DNA from: a virus
Lineage: Duplodnaviria; Caudoviricetes
DNA: 54,708 nucleotides
IMG/VR virus record: IMGVR_UViG_3300021477_000008
Span: 1-54,708 of that record
Direction: 5' to 3' (one strand)
This document shows positions 17,751 to 26,574 of the stretch, piece after piece. The notes beneath the pieces were generated by a model, which worked only from the letters and a program-made list of their open reading frames with translations, was not told the origin of the DNA and did no database searches. Numbering within the stretch: position 1 is the first letter of the stretch; each line of letters begins with the position of its first letter. Position numbers and translations under genes: made by a program.

Positions 17751-20700
17751 CGCCGACGCTGAATCTTGGCCTGCATTATCGGTTTCCACAGTGCCTTTTC
17801 CTCCGGCGTTCCCGCGTCGTACACTTCTTGGGCGACATCCAGAGGCAGGCGGGAAAACGAGACAACGCGCGGGTCTTTCTTGGACGCGGCAATCAGGTCG
17901 TTAGCCTGTCTCCGGGTGAGCGAATGGTCGTTGACCATTTCTTCAATCTCTTTTCTGGCAGCATTCGGGTCGGTTTTTAACTTGTTCTTCTCTTGATAAC
18001 GCAAGTCGGACTCCGCGGCTTCCTCTTTGGTTTTTGTGCCGCCGAAATGTTGCTTGTTGTATTCCGAAATCATCTGCATCGCTTTTGTGCGGGTGAGTTC
18101 CGCGGCGGCTGGCATGATGCCGGTAAAACTCTCGTACTTCGCCGACAGCCCCTTATCCATCCGATGCGAGTACTGTTGAAATGAAAACGGTTTGAATTGT
18201 GAAGCAACAAAGCGCAGTTCATCGCCAACCTGCTTCACAAGCGGGTCGTTTTTGTTTGCAATTTCAGTTCCGTAAAAATCCCTGTTCTTGGCCATGTTGC
18301 CGAGCATTTCGAGTATCGGCCCGGATTTGTTGACAACCATTTGTTCAAGTCTGGACAGCACCCCGGACGTTCCGAAATTGTTTCCCGCTTTCACAACAGG
18401 CAGAATGTCCTTCACGTAGGTTGGAAGAATCACGCGCTCTGTCGAACCGTCCGGCAGTGTCCTGCCGGTTTTCGGCATGAAATAATCCTTTAATTCATCC
18501 GGGCCTTTGCCGGTGTGGAGATATTGGTACATCGCTCCCAACGCCCCGACAACGATAGGAAGGGAAATCGCGTAGGCCATGCGATGCGTCACAGCTGGGT
18601 CGCCGGATTTGAGACGCGCGGCGAGTGTGGCCGTGTCCTTGATTGCGCCGCCAAGTTCCCGGACAGTCCCGAGATTCCATCCAAGAGAACGAGTCGCCAG
18701 CATCGCCGCGTCCTTGAGCGTTTTGTTCCAAAACAAATTGTCGTAAACCATCTGGCCCATGCGATTGTCCACCGAATCCCATATCTTGCCGAACACCTTG
18801 CGCTGCTGCTCAAGGTTCATCGTTGGATTCTTTTCCATTTCCATGCGGGCCATGTCCGCGAAGATGCCGAGCTTCATGCGCGGGACAACAACTTCCATCA
18901 CGGGCTTGCTTGCGGCTTCAATCGCGGCGAATGGTGCGCGGAACGCCGCGCCGATGTGGTTGCCTTCGTGAAACGCTTTCCAGAACGATTCAATGGATGA
19001 ATTCTTGTAATATTTGTCCATCGTGACACGCCCCCCGCCCTTGATAAGAGCGTCAACGATTCTGGCATAGTCGCCGCCAACCGTTCCCGGTTTGGTGTAC
19101 TCGTTCAACACCTTGTTGCCGCGAATCAGGTTATCAACGGCTGGCCCGTGACCGGGGGCGGTGGACGCAATACCAGCCGATTTAGCGGCACCGCTAACAT
19201 CACCACGAGACGCCTGTTCGATTGCCAACGCGAGCTTTGAGACGGCAGAATCAATCGCCGTGAATCTCAAATGATAGGCGGACAAGCCCAGTTGAAACTG
19301 ATTAAGCACATTGCTGGCCGCGAGAACACCCCGAAACAAGGCGAACTTGCGGAGTCCGGGAGACAGGTAATTATTGATGATTCTGGCCGCGTCATCCGGG
19401 GCGTAATACGAGCCGCGTTTGGCCAACGACCCTTGCGCCGTCGTGCCCTCGTACACGTCGGCAATGCGGTCGTCAATCTTGGTGTAACCATCCGGCGTCG
19501 GCTCAGTGGCCCGAACAAACTTTGCCAGCCCCGCGTCCTTCATTTCGTTCAGGACTTTGTGGGCCATCACGTACCTGTCCATTTCGTGAAGTTTAAGGAG
19601 CGTTAATTCAACGGGATTTGTGGACACAGGTTTAAGCCCTGCCGCGATGCCGTCCGCCGTTGTCGGAATGGTTCGCTTTTTGAGAAATGATTTCGGGCCT
19701 TCAAACGGGCGTTTTCCAAAGATTCTTGCGAACAGATTGGAGGCGGCGTCGGGTTGTTCCCAAAGATGCGGGAAATAATTCTCAATCAGCTTTTCCAGTT
19801 TGCCAGTGCCGAGAGCGCGAACATCGGCCACGCGCTTGTTAAAGGCGTCACGCAATACCCGGCTGAGTTTATCCAAGTCCGGCGTGGCCTGCGCCCTATC
19901 GTTCTCCATGTTGTCAATGAACCTGAGATTGAAGGCTTGCGGCGATTTTTCAAACATCTTGCGAGCCTCATCCAGCTTGGCGCGTTCCTGAATGTCTTTT
20001 GCCTCCAACTCTCCGGCGCGATGGCGAAGGATTCCAGCGGTGGTTAGCGACTCTGCGCTTTTGTTTGGGGCGCGAAAAGCGGAGTTAAGTTCGGATGCGG
20101 ATTCGGCAACGGCACTCGCGGCGGCTTTGATGGCGGGCAATGCGTCTTTTTCGGCGAACTCCTTTAGTCCGGGCACAATCGCCATTTGCAGTTGAGACGA
20201 CGGATGAACGCCAGCATCGGACGGTGTCACGGTAGACGGCTTCGGTTGAACCTCTGTAATTTGAACATCTCCTTTTTGAGGAACGAACTTGCCTCCCTTG
20301 TCTTTCGTGCCAGATTCCACCTTGTCCACTTCCACGCCTTTAAATGGATTGAACTTCTTGAAGTCCGCAATGGATTGAACGGCTGATTTACCGTCTTTGG
20401 TCGTGACACGAATAAAAGTAGAGCCTTCCGGGGCTTTGACTGAAACCTTGTCAGAGGACGCTAATGCTTCCATGCCGGTTTTATCAACAGCAGGCGCAAC
20501 AGGCGGCGTCTCGGCGGGTTTGTTTACCGGTTGGTCAACTATGGGTTTGGGTTCTTCCGGCAAATCGCTCGAATGCAGTTTACCCGGTTCTGTCGCTGTC
20601 GGCAGTCCGGTTTCTGTCGCCGCCGTCTGGCGCGTGATGAACTTGCCTTGCGCGTCCACAAACCCTTCCTGCGCCCCGGACGTATCCGGCTGGCCGTTGG

Positions 20701-21574
20701 CCTTTGCATTCGCGTAGGCGTCAACGTGGTCTTTGCCTGTGAACACCTTGCCGTTGACTTGAATCGCGGGTGTTACTTGGTTTTCTTGCGCTTCTTCCGT
20801 TTGCCTTCCTCGTGTTTCGCTTGGCGTTGCTCCCGGTACGCCGCCGCCAGCGCCACGTCCTGCGGATGGCCCGCCCGCATCATTTCCTTGACGTTGTGTT
20901 GGAACGCTTCCCGGCTGCTCGCTTTCAGTAGTGGCATTTGGTTCTCCTTTCGTTGTTGGTAAAACATCTCCCGTAATGGCGTGCGCTCCCGCCGTGGCGG
21001 CAATCGCCGTTCCGCCCAATAGATTGACGGCTTCATGCGCGGCATTGCCCCAATCTCCGGCTTTTACCGCCTTGACCAAAGGATTCGCGGAGTCAATCGC
21101 GCCTTTTGCTCCGAGCACGGCAAAGCCCGCGCTCAAGACGCGCTGCAAGGTCTTGGGCGCTTTCAGAACCAGCGTGCCAAGTCCGAGAAGGTTTTCGATT
21201 CCCTCGCCTTGCTCAATCGCGCCAGCGCCAGCCCCGGCGATGGCCTTCACGGGTTTGGTTTGAAGAAGTCTGCCAATGTCGGGCGAACCTTGATACGCAA
21301 AGTCTTGGTCTGCGTTACTGGGTTGGGCGACAAAACTTAGCACGTCTTTCGCCTGGTCAATCCCGCGTTGAACGGGCGGGACGAGCGACGTGAGCGGAGT
21401 CAACGCTGCCGCTTTCAGGTCTGAGCCGGTGTCTTTGAGGTTTTGGAGAAGTCTCGCGCCAGTCGCGGCGGGGGTATCTTCGTCCTCAAGCGGCGCGGTA
21501 TCGTTCCATGCCGGTGATTCTATGGGAGAGGTTTCATCCCATGCGACCGGACTACTGGCTGGCGTCGTCGGCAT
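17747..21574 (-). CDS. Large internal virion / DNA ejection protein
   Basis: 1275 aa, Ala/Gly-rich and helical, ENYFPH motif, last gene of the tail operon as in podoviruses. Confidence 0.65.
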   Translation of the reverse strand: MPTTPASSPVAWDETSPIESPAWNDTAPLEDEDTPAATGARLLQNLKDTGSDLKAAALTPLTSLVPPVQRGIDQAKDVLSFVAQPSNADQDFAYQGSPDIGRLLQTKPVKAIAGAGAGAIEQGEGIENLLGLGTLVLKAPKTLQRVLSAGFAVLGAKGAIDSANPLVKAVKAGDWGNAAHEAVNLLGGTAIAATAGAHAITGDVLPTTKGEPNATTESEQPGSVPTQRQGNDAGGPSAGRGAGGGVPGATPSETRGRQTEEAQENQVTPAIQVNGKVFTGKDHVDAYANAKANGQPDTSGAQEGFVDAQGKFITRQTAATETGLPTATEPGKLHSSDLPEEPKPIVDQPVNKPAETPPVAPAVDKTGMEALASSDKVSVKAPEGSTFIRVTTKDGKSAVQSIADFKKFNPFKGVEVDKVESGTKDKGGKFVPQKGDVQITEVQPKPSTVTPSDAGVHPSSQLQMAIVPGLKEFAEKDALPAIKAAASAVAESASELNSAFRAPNKSAESLTTAGILRHRAGELEAKDIQERAKLDEARKMFEKSPQAFNLRFIDNMENDRAQATPDLDKLSRVLRDAFNKRVADVRALGTGKLEKLIENYFPHLWEQPDAASNLFARIFGKRPFEGPKSFLKKRTIPTTADGIAAGLKPVSTNPVELTLLKLHEMDRYVMAHKVLNEMKDAGLAKFVRATEPTPDGYTKIDDRIADVYEGTTAQGSLAKRGSYYAPDDAARIINNYLSPGLRKFALFRGVLAASNVLNQFQLGLSAYHLRFTAIDSAVSKLALAIEQASRGDVSGAAKSAGIASTAPGHGPAVDNLIRGNKVLNEYTKPGTVGGDYARIVDALIKGGGRVTMDKYYKNSSIESFWKAFHEGNHIGAAFRAPFAAIEAASKPVMEVVVPRMKLGIFADMARMEMEKNPTMNLEQQRKVFGKIWDSVDNRMGQMVYDNLFWNKTLKDAAMLATRSLGWNLGTVRELGGAIKDTATLAARLKSGDPAVTHRMAYAISLPIVVGALGAMYQYLHTGKGPDELKDYFMPKTGRTLPDGSTERVILPTYVKDILPVVKAGNNFGTSGVLSRLEQMVVNKSGPILEMLGNMAKNRDFYGTEIANKNDPLVKQVGDELRFVASQFKPFSFQQYSHRMDKGLSAKYESFTGIMPAAAELTRTKAMQMISEYNKQHFGGTKTKEEAAESDLRYQEKNKLKTDPNAARKEIEEMVNDHSLTRRQANDLIAASKKDPRVVSFSRLPLDVAQEVYDAGTPEEKALWKPIMQAKIQRRR
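20773..20937 (-). CDS. Nested out-of-frame small basic protein (54 aa, MPLLKASSREAFQHNVKEMMRAGHPQDVALAAAY…)
   Basis: AAAGGAG SD 6 nt before ATG; resembles the small phage MPLKKG.S…N…E…G.PQ.QA.A.A proteins (from memory). Confidence 0.65.
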   Translation of the reverse strand: MPLLKASSREAFQHNVKEMMRAGHPQDVALAAAYREQRQAKHEEGKRKKRKKTK

Positions 21575-22382
21575 ACCTCAAGAACTTCTTGGTTGTGGCG
21601 TCGAAAATCGCCGTCCTGCCGTCTTTGGTTTTCCGGGCGACTTCATTATTGCCCGAGTCATTCGCGCCAGTAGCGGCAATTGTAGCCCCTTGTACAATCG
21701 GGCCTGCGCCAGACGGAGGCGAGGCGTTGCTCACGGACGGCAATCGGCTTTGTTGCTGTGCCATCCGCAGCGCATTCACGTAATTTGTGCCCGTGCCGGG
21801 AGGCGCGTTCGTGCCGAGCACGGAATTAATCACCGGGTCATTCAACGGAACACCTGTGAAACGAATGGTGTCGGCGGCAGTTGTTCCCGTCTGGCCGGGA
21901 GCGGGGAAATCGAGCTTGCCCATCGAGGTTCTGTCGCCCTTTTTGTTGGCGTTTTCCTCTGCCATCGCCTTCCAGACCGTGCTTTTGTCCGCGTGCGGAT
22001 ATTTGTCGAGGGCGGCTTTCGCGCCAACGTCAGGCAATGCTTCCAGAAAACCCGCCGTGTCCGTGTTGGTCATGTCGGTCAAGTCTTGCGCGGCTTTCTT
22101 TGCGGCTTCGGCATCCGTGATGCGCTGTTCCTGATTTTTGACTTGTTGCTGGCGATAATTCGCAAGGCTGGTTTGTTGGGCCATGCGAAGCGCGTTGACG
22201 GCCGCCGTCTGTTGGGCTTGTTGCTGCTGTTCTTGGGCGAGCGTTTGATAGGAAAGCGCCAGCCGATTTGCGGCCTCGTTTTCCTCATCGGTTTGCGACC
22301 GTGCGCGCGCGCCCGCCGCCGCCCCCGCGCTAATCGCGCCGAGCACGTCCGGGCCGTGAATCCAGTTCGGTTCAAAAGGCAT
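21552..22382 (-). CDS. Internal virion / ejection protein
   Basis: Gln/Ala-rich helical protein between the tail connector and the large ejection gene. Confidence 0.55.
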   Translation of the reverse strand: MPFEPNWIHGPDVLGAISAGAAAGARARSQTDEENEAANRLALSYQTLAQEQQQQAQQTAAVNALRMAQQTSLANYRQQQVKNQEQRITDAEAAKKAAQDLTDMTNTDTAGFLEALPDVGAKAALDKYPHADKSTVWKAMAEENANKKGDRTSMGKLDFPAPGQTGTTAADTIRFTGVPLNDPVINSVLGTNAPPGTGTNYVNALRMAQQQSRLPSVSNASPPSGAGPIVQGATIAATGANDSGNNEVARKTKDGRTAIFDATTKKFLRYADDASQ

Positions 22383-22385
22383 AGG

Positions 22386-23387
22386 TCAGAACTGTTTATT
22401 GCAGAACACCGCTCCCCCGAACACCTGATTTATAGCCGGAAGCTGGTCGTCGGGTTGGCTGTCTTCGAGTTCCCGATTGAGGGATTCCACCGCGCCAGCC
22501 CACCATTGTTTTGATGCCTCGAAATTGTTCGATTCCTCCTGTTTCCACGCGAGCACGCCTTGTTTCAACGCGCCGATGTCGTTTATCAGCAGCAAATCGG
22601 TCGGGGCAGAAACAGGGATGAACCTGAGTTTGACCAGCGCAATGATGGTCTGGTTGCAACCGTTTTGATTATACCATCCGGTGTAACGGTCGCCTTCAAG
22701 CTGGTATCTCAAATAGCTCGGGTTGGTTTCGGAAGGCTCGTACACAGCCAAGTCAAACAGCACGTCGTTCACGGTGTCGTACGCGTACATCAAAAGGTTG
22801 CCCTGCGTCTTGGATTTCACAACGCGGTCAATGTGACTCACGAAATACGGATTGCTCGTGCTTCCGAACGGCACGTTGACGGAAATCGTTATGCCCTCGC
22901 TCCAAGTGCCGTCGCCGTTGTTGGTCGTCAACGGCTGATTATTGTTGTCCGTGCCAAACAAGGTCACGGTCGCGCCAATGTCTTCCTTGACCATCGGATA
23001 AATGCGTACGGCGCAGTTCGGCCCGTAAATGTCGTTATACGTCGGGGCTTTGTACTGCAACTTCATCATGCGCTCCCGACCGCACCACGAATCCCAGTCA
23101 CGACGGCCCCAGGCACGATTGCCGAACATGAATTCGTACCACTGGGATTTGACGGGGATATTTTGTTTGCAATCGGCCAAACGCCGGACTTGCCCGACGT
23201 AACGCGGCCATGTGACGCAACCGTTCTTCATGCAAACCCGGACTGGCAGAAGTGTTCCGAACCAATCCCCGCGCTTCAACAGGCGCGGCACGACCTCGTT
23301 GATGATGGAAAAGAATTGGGGCGTGTTCGTGGGCACGCCAGAAGCCGTCTGGAAGGTGCTGGTTTGAATGTCGGCAACGGTGAGCAT
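22386..23387 (-). CDS. Probable head-tail adaptor / tail tubular protein
   Basis: 333 aa in tail operon; assigned by context. Confidence 0.5.
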   Translation of the reverse strand: MLTVADIQTSTFQTASGVPTNTPQFFSIINEVVPRLLKRGDWFGTLLPVRVCMKNGCVTWPRYVGQVRRLADCKQNIPVKSQWYEFMFGNRAWGRRDWDSWCGRERMMKLQYKAPTYNDIYGPNCAVRIYPMVKEDIGATVTLFGTDNNNQPLTTNNGDGTWSEGITISVNVPFGSTSNPYFVSHIDRVVKSKTQGNLLMYAYDTVNDVLFDLAVYEPSETNPSYLRYQLEGDRYTGWYNQNGCNQTIIALVKLRFIPVSAPTDLLLINDIGALKQGVLAWKQEESNNFEASKQWWAGAVESLNRELEDSQPDDQLPAINQVFGGAVFCNKQF

Positions 23388-24148
23388 CAGTCAATTGGTA
23401 AATCGCTCGGGTAATCCGGGAGGAAATTTCCGTAGCCAGTCACGTTCGTTGGGTCGTACGGGGCTTCGTATCCCGGAGAGGATGACGGGTCTGGATAGGC
23501 GGGATTGGTGCTAAACGGATTCGTCGTTCCAGTGGGAGACGTGACCAAAGGATTTGCCGCAGATGAACTCGAAGCCGGATTGCCTATATTTGAACCGCCA
23601 CCAGTGCCCCCTCCCGGACTTCGCATCGAGGATAGGTATTCATTGAACAACTGTTGAGCGTAATTCGCCGCTTGCGTCGGGTCTGGCGCGGCGTTGTTCA
23701 CCGCGTTCTGTTGGGCAAGCCCAACTTGTGCGTTTGGCCCAAAGAGCGAATTGAGGTTGGACAATCCTTGCTGCTGTTGTTGCTCCGATGCGCCCGCAAT
23801 GTTCCCAAAAAGCGAATTCCACGACAAACCGCTTCCGGGCATTCCGCTGTTGACTCCGTACGTCGCCGACGCATCTTGAAGTGCATTCAATGTTCCGGAC
23901 GATAACGAACCTGAAAGCTGCGCGGCGATGTCCTGACCGGCTTGCGTGTCCAAATCGCTTATGTTCGGCAACGGCGAATTGACGTTGCCAGGGATGTAAC
24001 CGAACGGATTCGAGCCTGACGTGGACGGCGGGTTAAGGCTGAAAGAAGTGGGCGACCCCGTTGATGGCGGAGTGGACGGAGAGCTTGGCCCGAATGTGCC
24101 GGGGAAAGGCAGCACCGTCGTTGTGTCTCCCAGAGAGAGGGTAGCCAT
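23387..24148 (-). CDS. Probable pilot/ejection protein
   Basis: S/P/G-rich with GMPGSG and QQQQQGL segments. Confidence 0.5.
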   Translation of the reverse strand: MATLSLGDTTTVLPFPGTFGPSSPSTPPSTGSPTSFSLNPPSTSGSNPFGYIPGNVNSPLPNISDLDTQAGQDIAAQLSGSLSSGTLNALQDASATYGVNSGMPGSGLSWNSLFGNIAGASEQQQQQGLSNLNSLFGPNAQVGLAQQNAVNNAAPDPTQAANYAQQLFNEYLSSMRSPGGGTGGGSNIGNPASSSSAANPLVTSPTGTTNPFSTNPAYPDPSSSPGYEAPYDPTNVTGYGNFLPDYPSDLPID

Positions 24149-24169
24149 AAGTTTAGTTGTGGTTTGTTT

Positions 24170-25507
24170 TCAAAGCGGTGTCAAGGAGAAGGTTGGCGAC
24201 GGGTTTCCCACGTTATCGCCATACATGCCCGGAGCGTCGTAAAGGTAAATGCCTATCGGGCCGCCGTTGTGGGTAATATCCGTGTACGCGCCCGCATTGG
24301 CGGACTCTAGAAGCGCGGGAGTTGCGAACTCGGTGAGTGTCGCCGGAAAATAAACGTCGCCGCTGTTAAAGACGACGTGATAGCCGTAAGCGGGCGAATG
24401 GTTCAATGCCCAACCCTGACCCGCGCCGTATTGAATCGCGCCGTTGACATAGGCGATGCGATAGCGTCCCGCCGCATAACTGCCGCCGCTGTTGAAATAC
24501 ACGGTCGCACCGCTGAGAACATTGGGTGTGATATTGGCTGTGGCCGCGCTCACGTTCACCGTGTAAACGCGCTGGCCCGTGACGCCGTTGGGATTCGTTA
24601 CCGTGACGCCAAACGTGTAAGACCCCGCCGTGGTGGGCGTTCCGCTCAATGTCGGCCCGCTGCTGGTCACGTATGTTCCCGACGTGAATGTAAGGCCGTC
24701 GGGGATGCCGCCTTGAAACACGGACAATTCCCAAAGGTTCGTAAATATGCCTGTGGCGAGAAATCCCGTCGCGGTCAATTGCTGGCTGAATGCCGCGCCG
24801 ACTGTCATCGTGGATGGCAACGCACTGATGCAGATTTTCTGGATGCCTGCGGACTTGCACGCGGCTGCATTGGCATCGGCCTGCGCCTGTTGTGGCGTCA
24901 ACGCCCAATAAAGGTTTGAATTGTCCGTGAAGGTGAATGGCGAACCGTCCGGGCATTTCACTGTGCAAGTTCCCGCCGCAGAATACATGACCACGCTTTG
25001 AATCGGGGAAGGCGTCGGCAGAGCGATGCCGCATTGAGCCTGATACACCGCGCATTGGGTGAGAAAAGACTGAATGATGGCCTGCAATTGCGCCGCCGTC
25101 GCGTTGGGCGGTCGTTGCGCTGTCAGGATATGGCCGCAACAATTGAAGTTGACGCTGAAAGCCGAGTTGCAATCCAGACCGACAGGACAGTTCTCCACGA
25201 ACGGCAATGTCGGGTCAATCGTGAGGTTGTAGATAAACGGGTCGTCGGACGGACAATCAATCGGCGCGCCGCAACCCTGACAGCCGGGGGGTTGGGGCGG
25301 GATTATTCGTCCGCGCGGATTGTAGTTGGAAGGGACAAACCAAATGTCGTCCAGAATCTTTATTTGGTGAGAAATAAACGGGACGAAATATACGTCGTCA
25401 CGGATATTGAACGCGCTTGGAGGCAAAAAAAACACGTCATCGGAGATGGTGATGTGCTGCGGCGGTTTGAAAAACACGTCATCGGAGATGGTGATGCTAT
25501 TGCTCAT
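24170..25507 (-). CDS. Virion protein with N-terminal repeats, Cys-rich region and Ig-like domain
   Basis: Four I.DDV.F.P repeats; GGIPDGLT…LSGTPTTAGSYTFGVTVT matches He_PIG-type Ig domains. Confidence 0.7.
   Translation of the reverse strand: MSNSITISDDVFFKPPQHITISDDVFFLPPSAFNIRDDVYFVPFISHQIKILDDIWFVPSNYNPRGRIIPPQPPGCQGCGAPIDCPSDDPFIYNLTIDPTLPFVENCPVGLDCNSAFSVNFNCCGHILTAQRPPNATAAQLQAIIQSFLTQCAVYQAQCGIALPTPSPIQSVVMYSAAGTCTVKCPDGSPFTFTDNSNLYWALTPQQAQADANAAACKSAGIQKICISALPSTMTVGAAFSQQLTATGFLATGIFTNLWELSVFQGGIPDGLTFTSGTYVTSSGPTLSGTPTTAGSYTFGVTVTNPNGVTGQRVYTVNVSAATANITPNVLSGATVYFNSGGSYAAGRYRIAYVNGAIQYGAGQGWALNHSPAYGYHVVFNSGDVYFPATLTEFATPALLESANAGAYTDITHNGGPIGIYLYDAPGMYGDNVGNPSPTFSLTPL
25428..25496. 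repeat. 27-bp exact direct repeat, 42-bp period
   Basis: AAAAACACGTCATCGGAGATGGTGATG at 25428-25454 and 25470-25496. Confidence 0.9.
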
Positions 25508-25901
25508 CTTCGATTCCTTTCACGGCACGGCCGTCCTCGTAAATCCTGTATCCCACTCTGCCGGATGATGTTTTTATTCCAATGCGGTAGCAGACGCAAT
25601 ACGACGGTCGAGAGCTTGGCTCATCTGAGTAATCGCGGCGCATCGAACGACACCACACCAACTCTCCGGGAGATGTTGATACGGAAAGAGTCTTGTCAGT
25701 AAAGACTTTCCCCAGTTTGGGATTTACCGTGATGCTGTAATTCGTCGCCAAGAGGATGAATGAATCCAGTGAGGTTATTACAGCAAATAAATGGCTCGGA
25801 AGCAATCCACTCCCGCTTTCTGTCAATGGCCCGACTTTGGCCGTCCAACGAGGAAGAAATACGATTGCTCCATTGGCGTGAGTGGCTTCAAGATTCGTCA
25901 T
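25497..25901 (-). CDS. Hypothetical tail-region protein
   Basis: 134-aa ORF overlapping both neighbours. Confidence 0.55.
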   Translation of the reverse strand: MTNLEATHANGAIVFLPRWTAKVGPLTESGSGLLPSHLFAVITSLDSFILLATNYSITVNPKLGKVFTDKTLSVSTSPGELVWCRSMRRDYSDEPSSRPSYCVCYRIGIKTSSGRVGYRIYEDGRAVKGIEDEQ

Positions 25902-26571
25902 ACTGAATCGTATATACGTTTTGTTTCCCTGAGCCTGACGCGGAGAAATACGGCGTGACGCTCGAATAACAGCAACATTGCATCACGAAATAATTCGAGT
26001 AATTCGGAGCTACGAGAGTTGGGGACGACGCGCTTGTGCCAATGGTTCCGTTGTGAAGATTCCCGATGTTGACGCTGGGAACGAAATTGCCTGTTGGAAT
26101 AGACGCAAAACACTGCGCCCCTCCCGCCGTTGCGTTTCCGGTGAATGTCGTAGGGCTTCCCCCTGACATTCCGGTGAAGGAGAACGAGGTGCTGTTGGTA
26201 GGGGTTTGGAACGCGGAAATATAACTGTTAGCCCCGTCTCCCTCGTTGACCTGAGTTGGGGACGCGAACACGCCATAGTACGGAGCAACAGTTAATCCCG
26301 TGCCGTTGGTTATGCAGTTGGCGACACTCATCCACAACTTTATGTCGGTAATCTGGTTGCTTGTTCCCATGCTGGACACGTACGCGCGCTCCCATTTCTG
26401 CATCGAACCTGCAAATAACCCGGATGCGGGTATGACTACCGGATATGTGGCAGATACCATGTTCACGATGTCGGCATTTCCGAATGACAGTGTTGAAATA
26501 GCGTTTGTCGTGACGCCCGAACCTGCGACGCCGTTCGTTTCCGAAATCACTACCGTAGCTGGCGTGCTCAT
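25888..26571 (-). CDS. Ser/Thr/Gly-rich structural protein
   Basis: 227 aa, beta-rich composition, ends with YTIQYDES. Confidence 0.6.
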   Translation of the reverse strand: MSTPATVVISETNGVAGSGVTTNAISTLSFGNADIVNMVSATYPVVIPASGLFAGSMQKWERAYVSSMGTSNQITDIKLWMSVANCITNGTGLTVAPYYGVFASPTQVNEGDGANSYISAFQTPTNSTSFSFTGMSGGSPTTFTGNATAGGAQCFASIPTGNFVPSVNIGNLHNGTIGTSASSPTLVAPNYSNYFVMQCCCYSSVTPYFSASGSGKQNVYTIQYDES

Positions 26572-26574
26572 ACA

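Noticed and set aside
21390-23414. Long + strand ORFs (374 and 284 aa)
   Set aside because: Antisense shadows of tightly coupled tail genes
25428-25496. Repeat pair as a diversity-generating retroelement TR/VR
   Set aside because: Short, identical, N-terminal, and no reverse transcriptase seen
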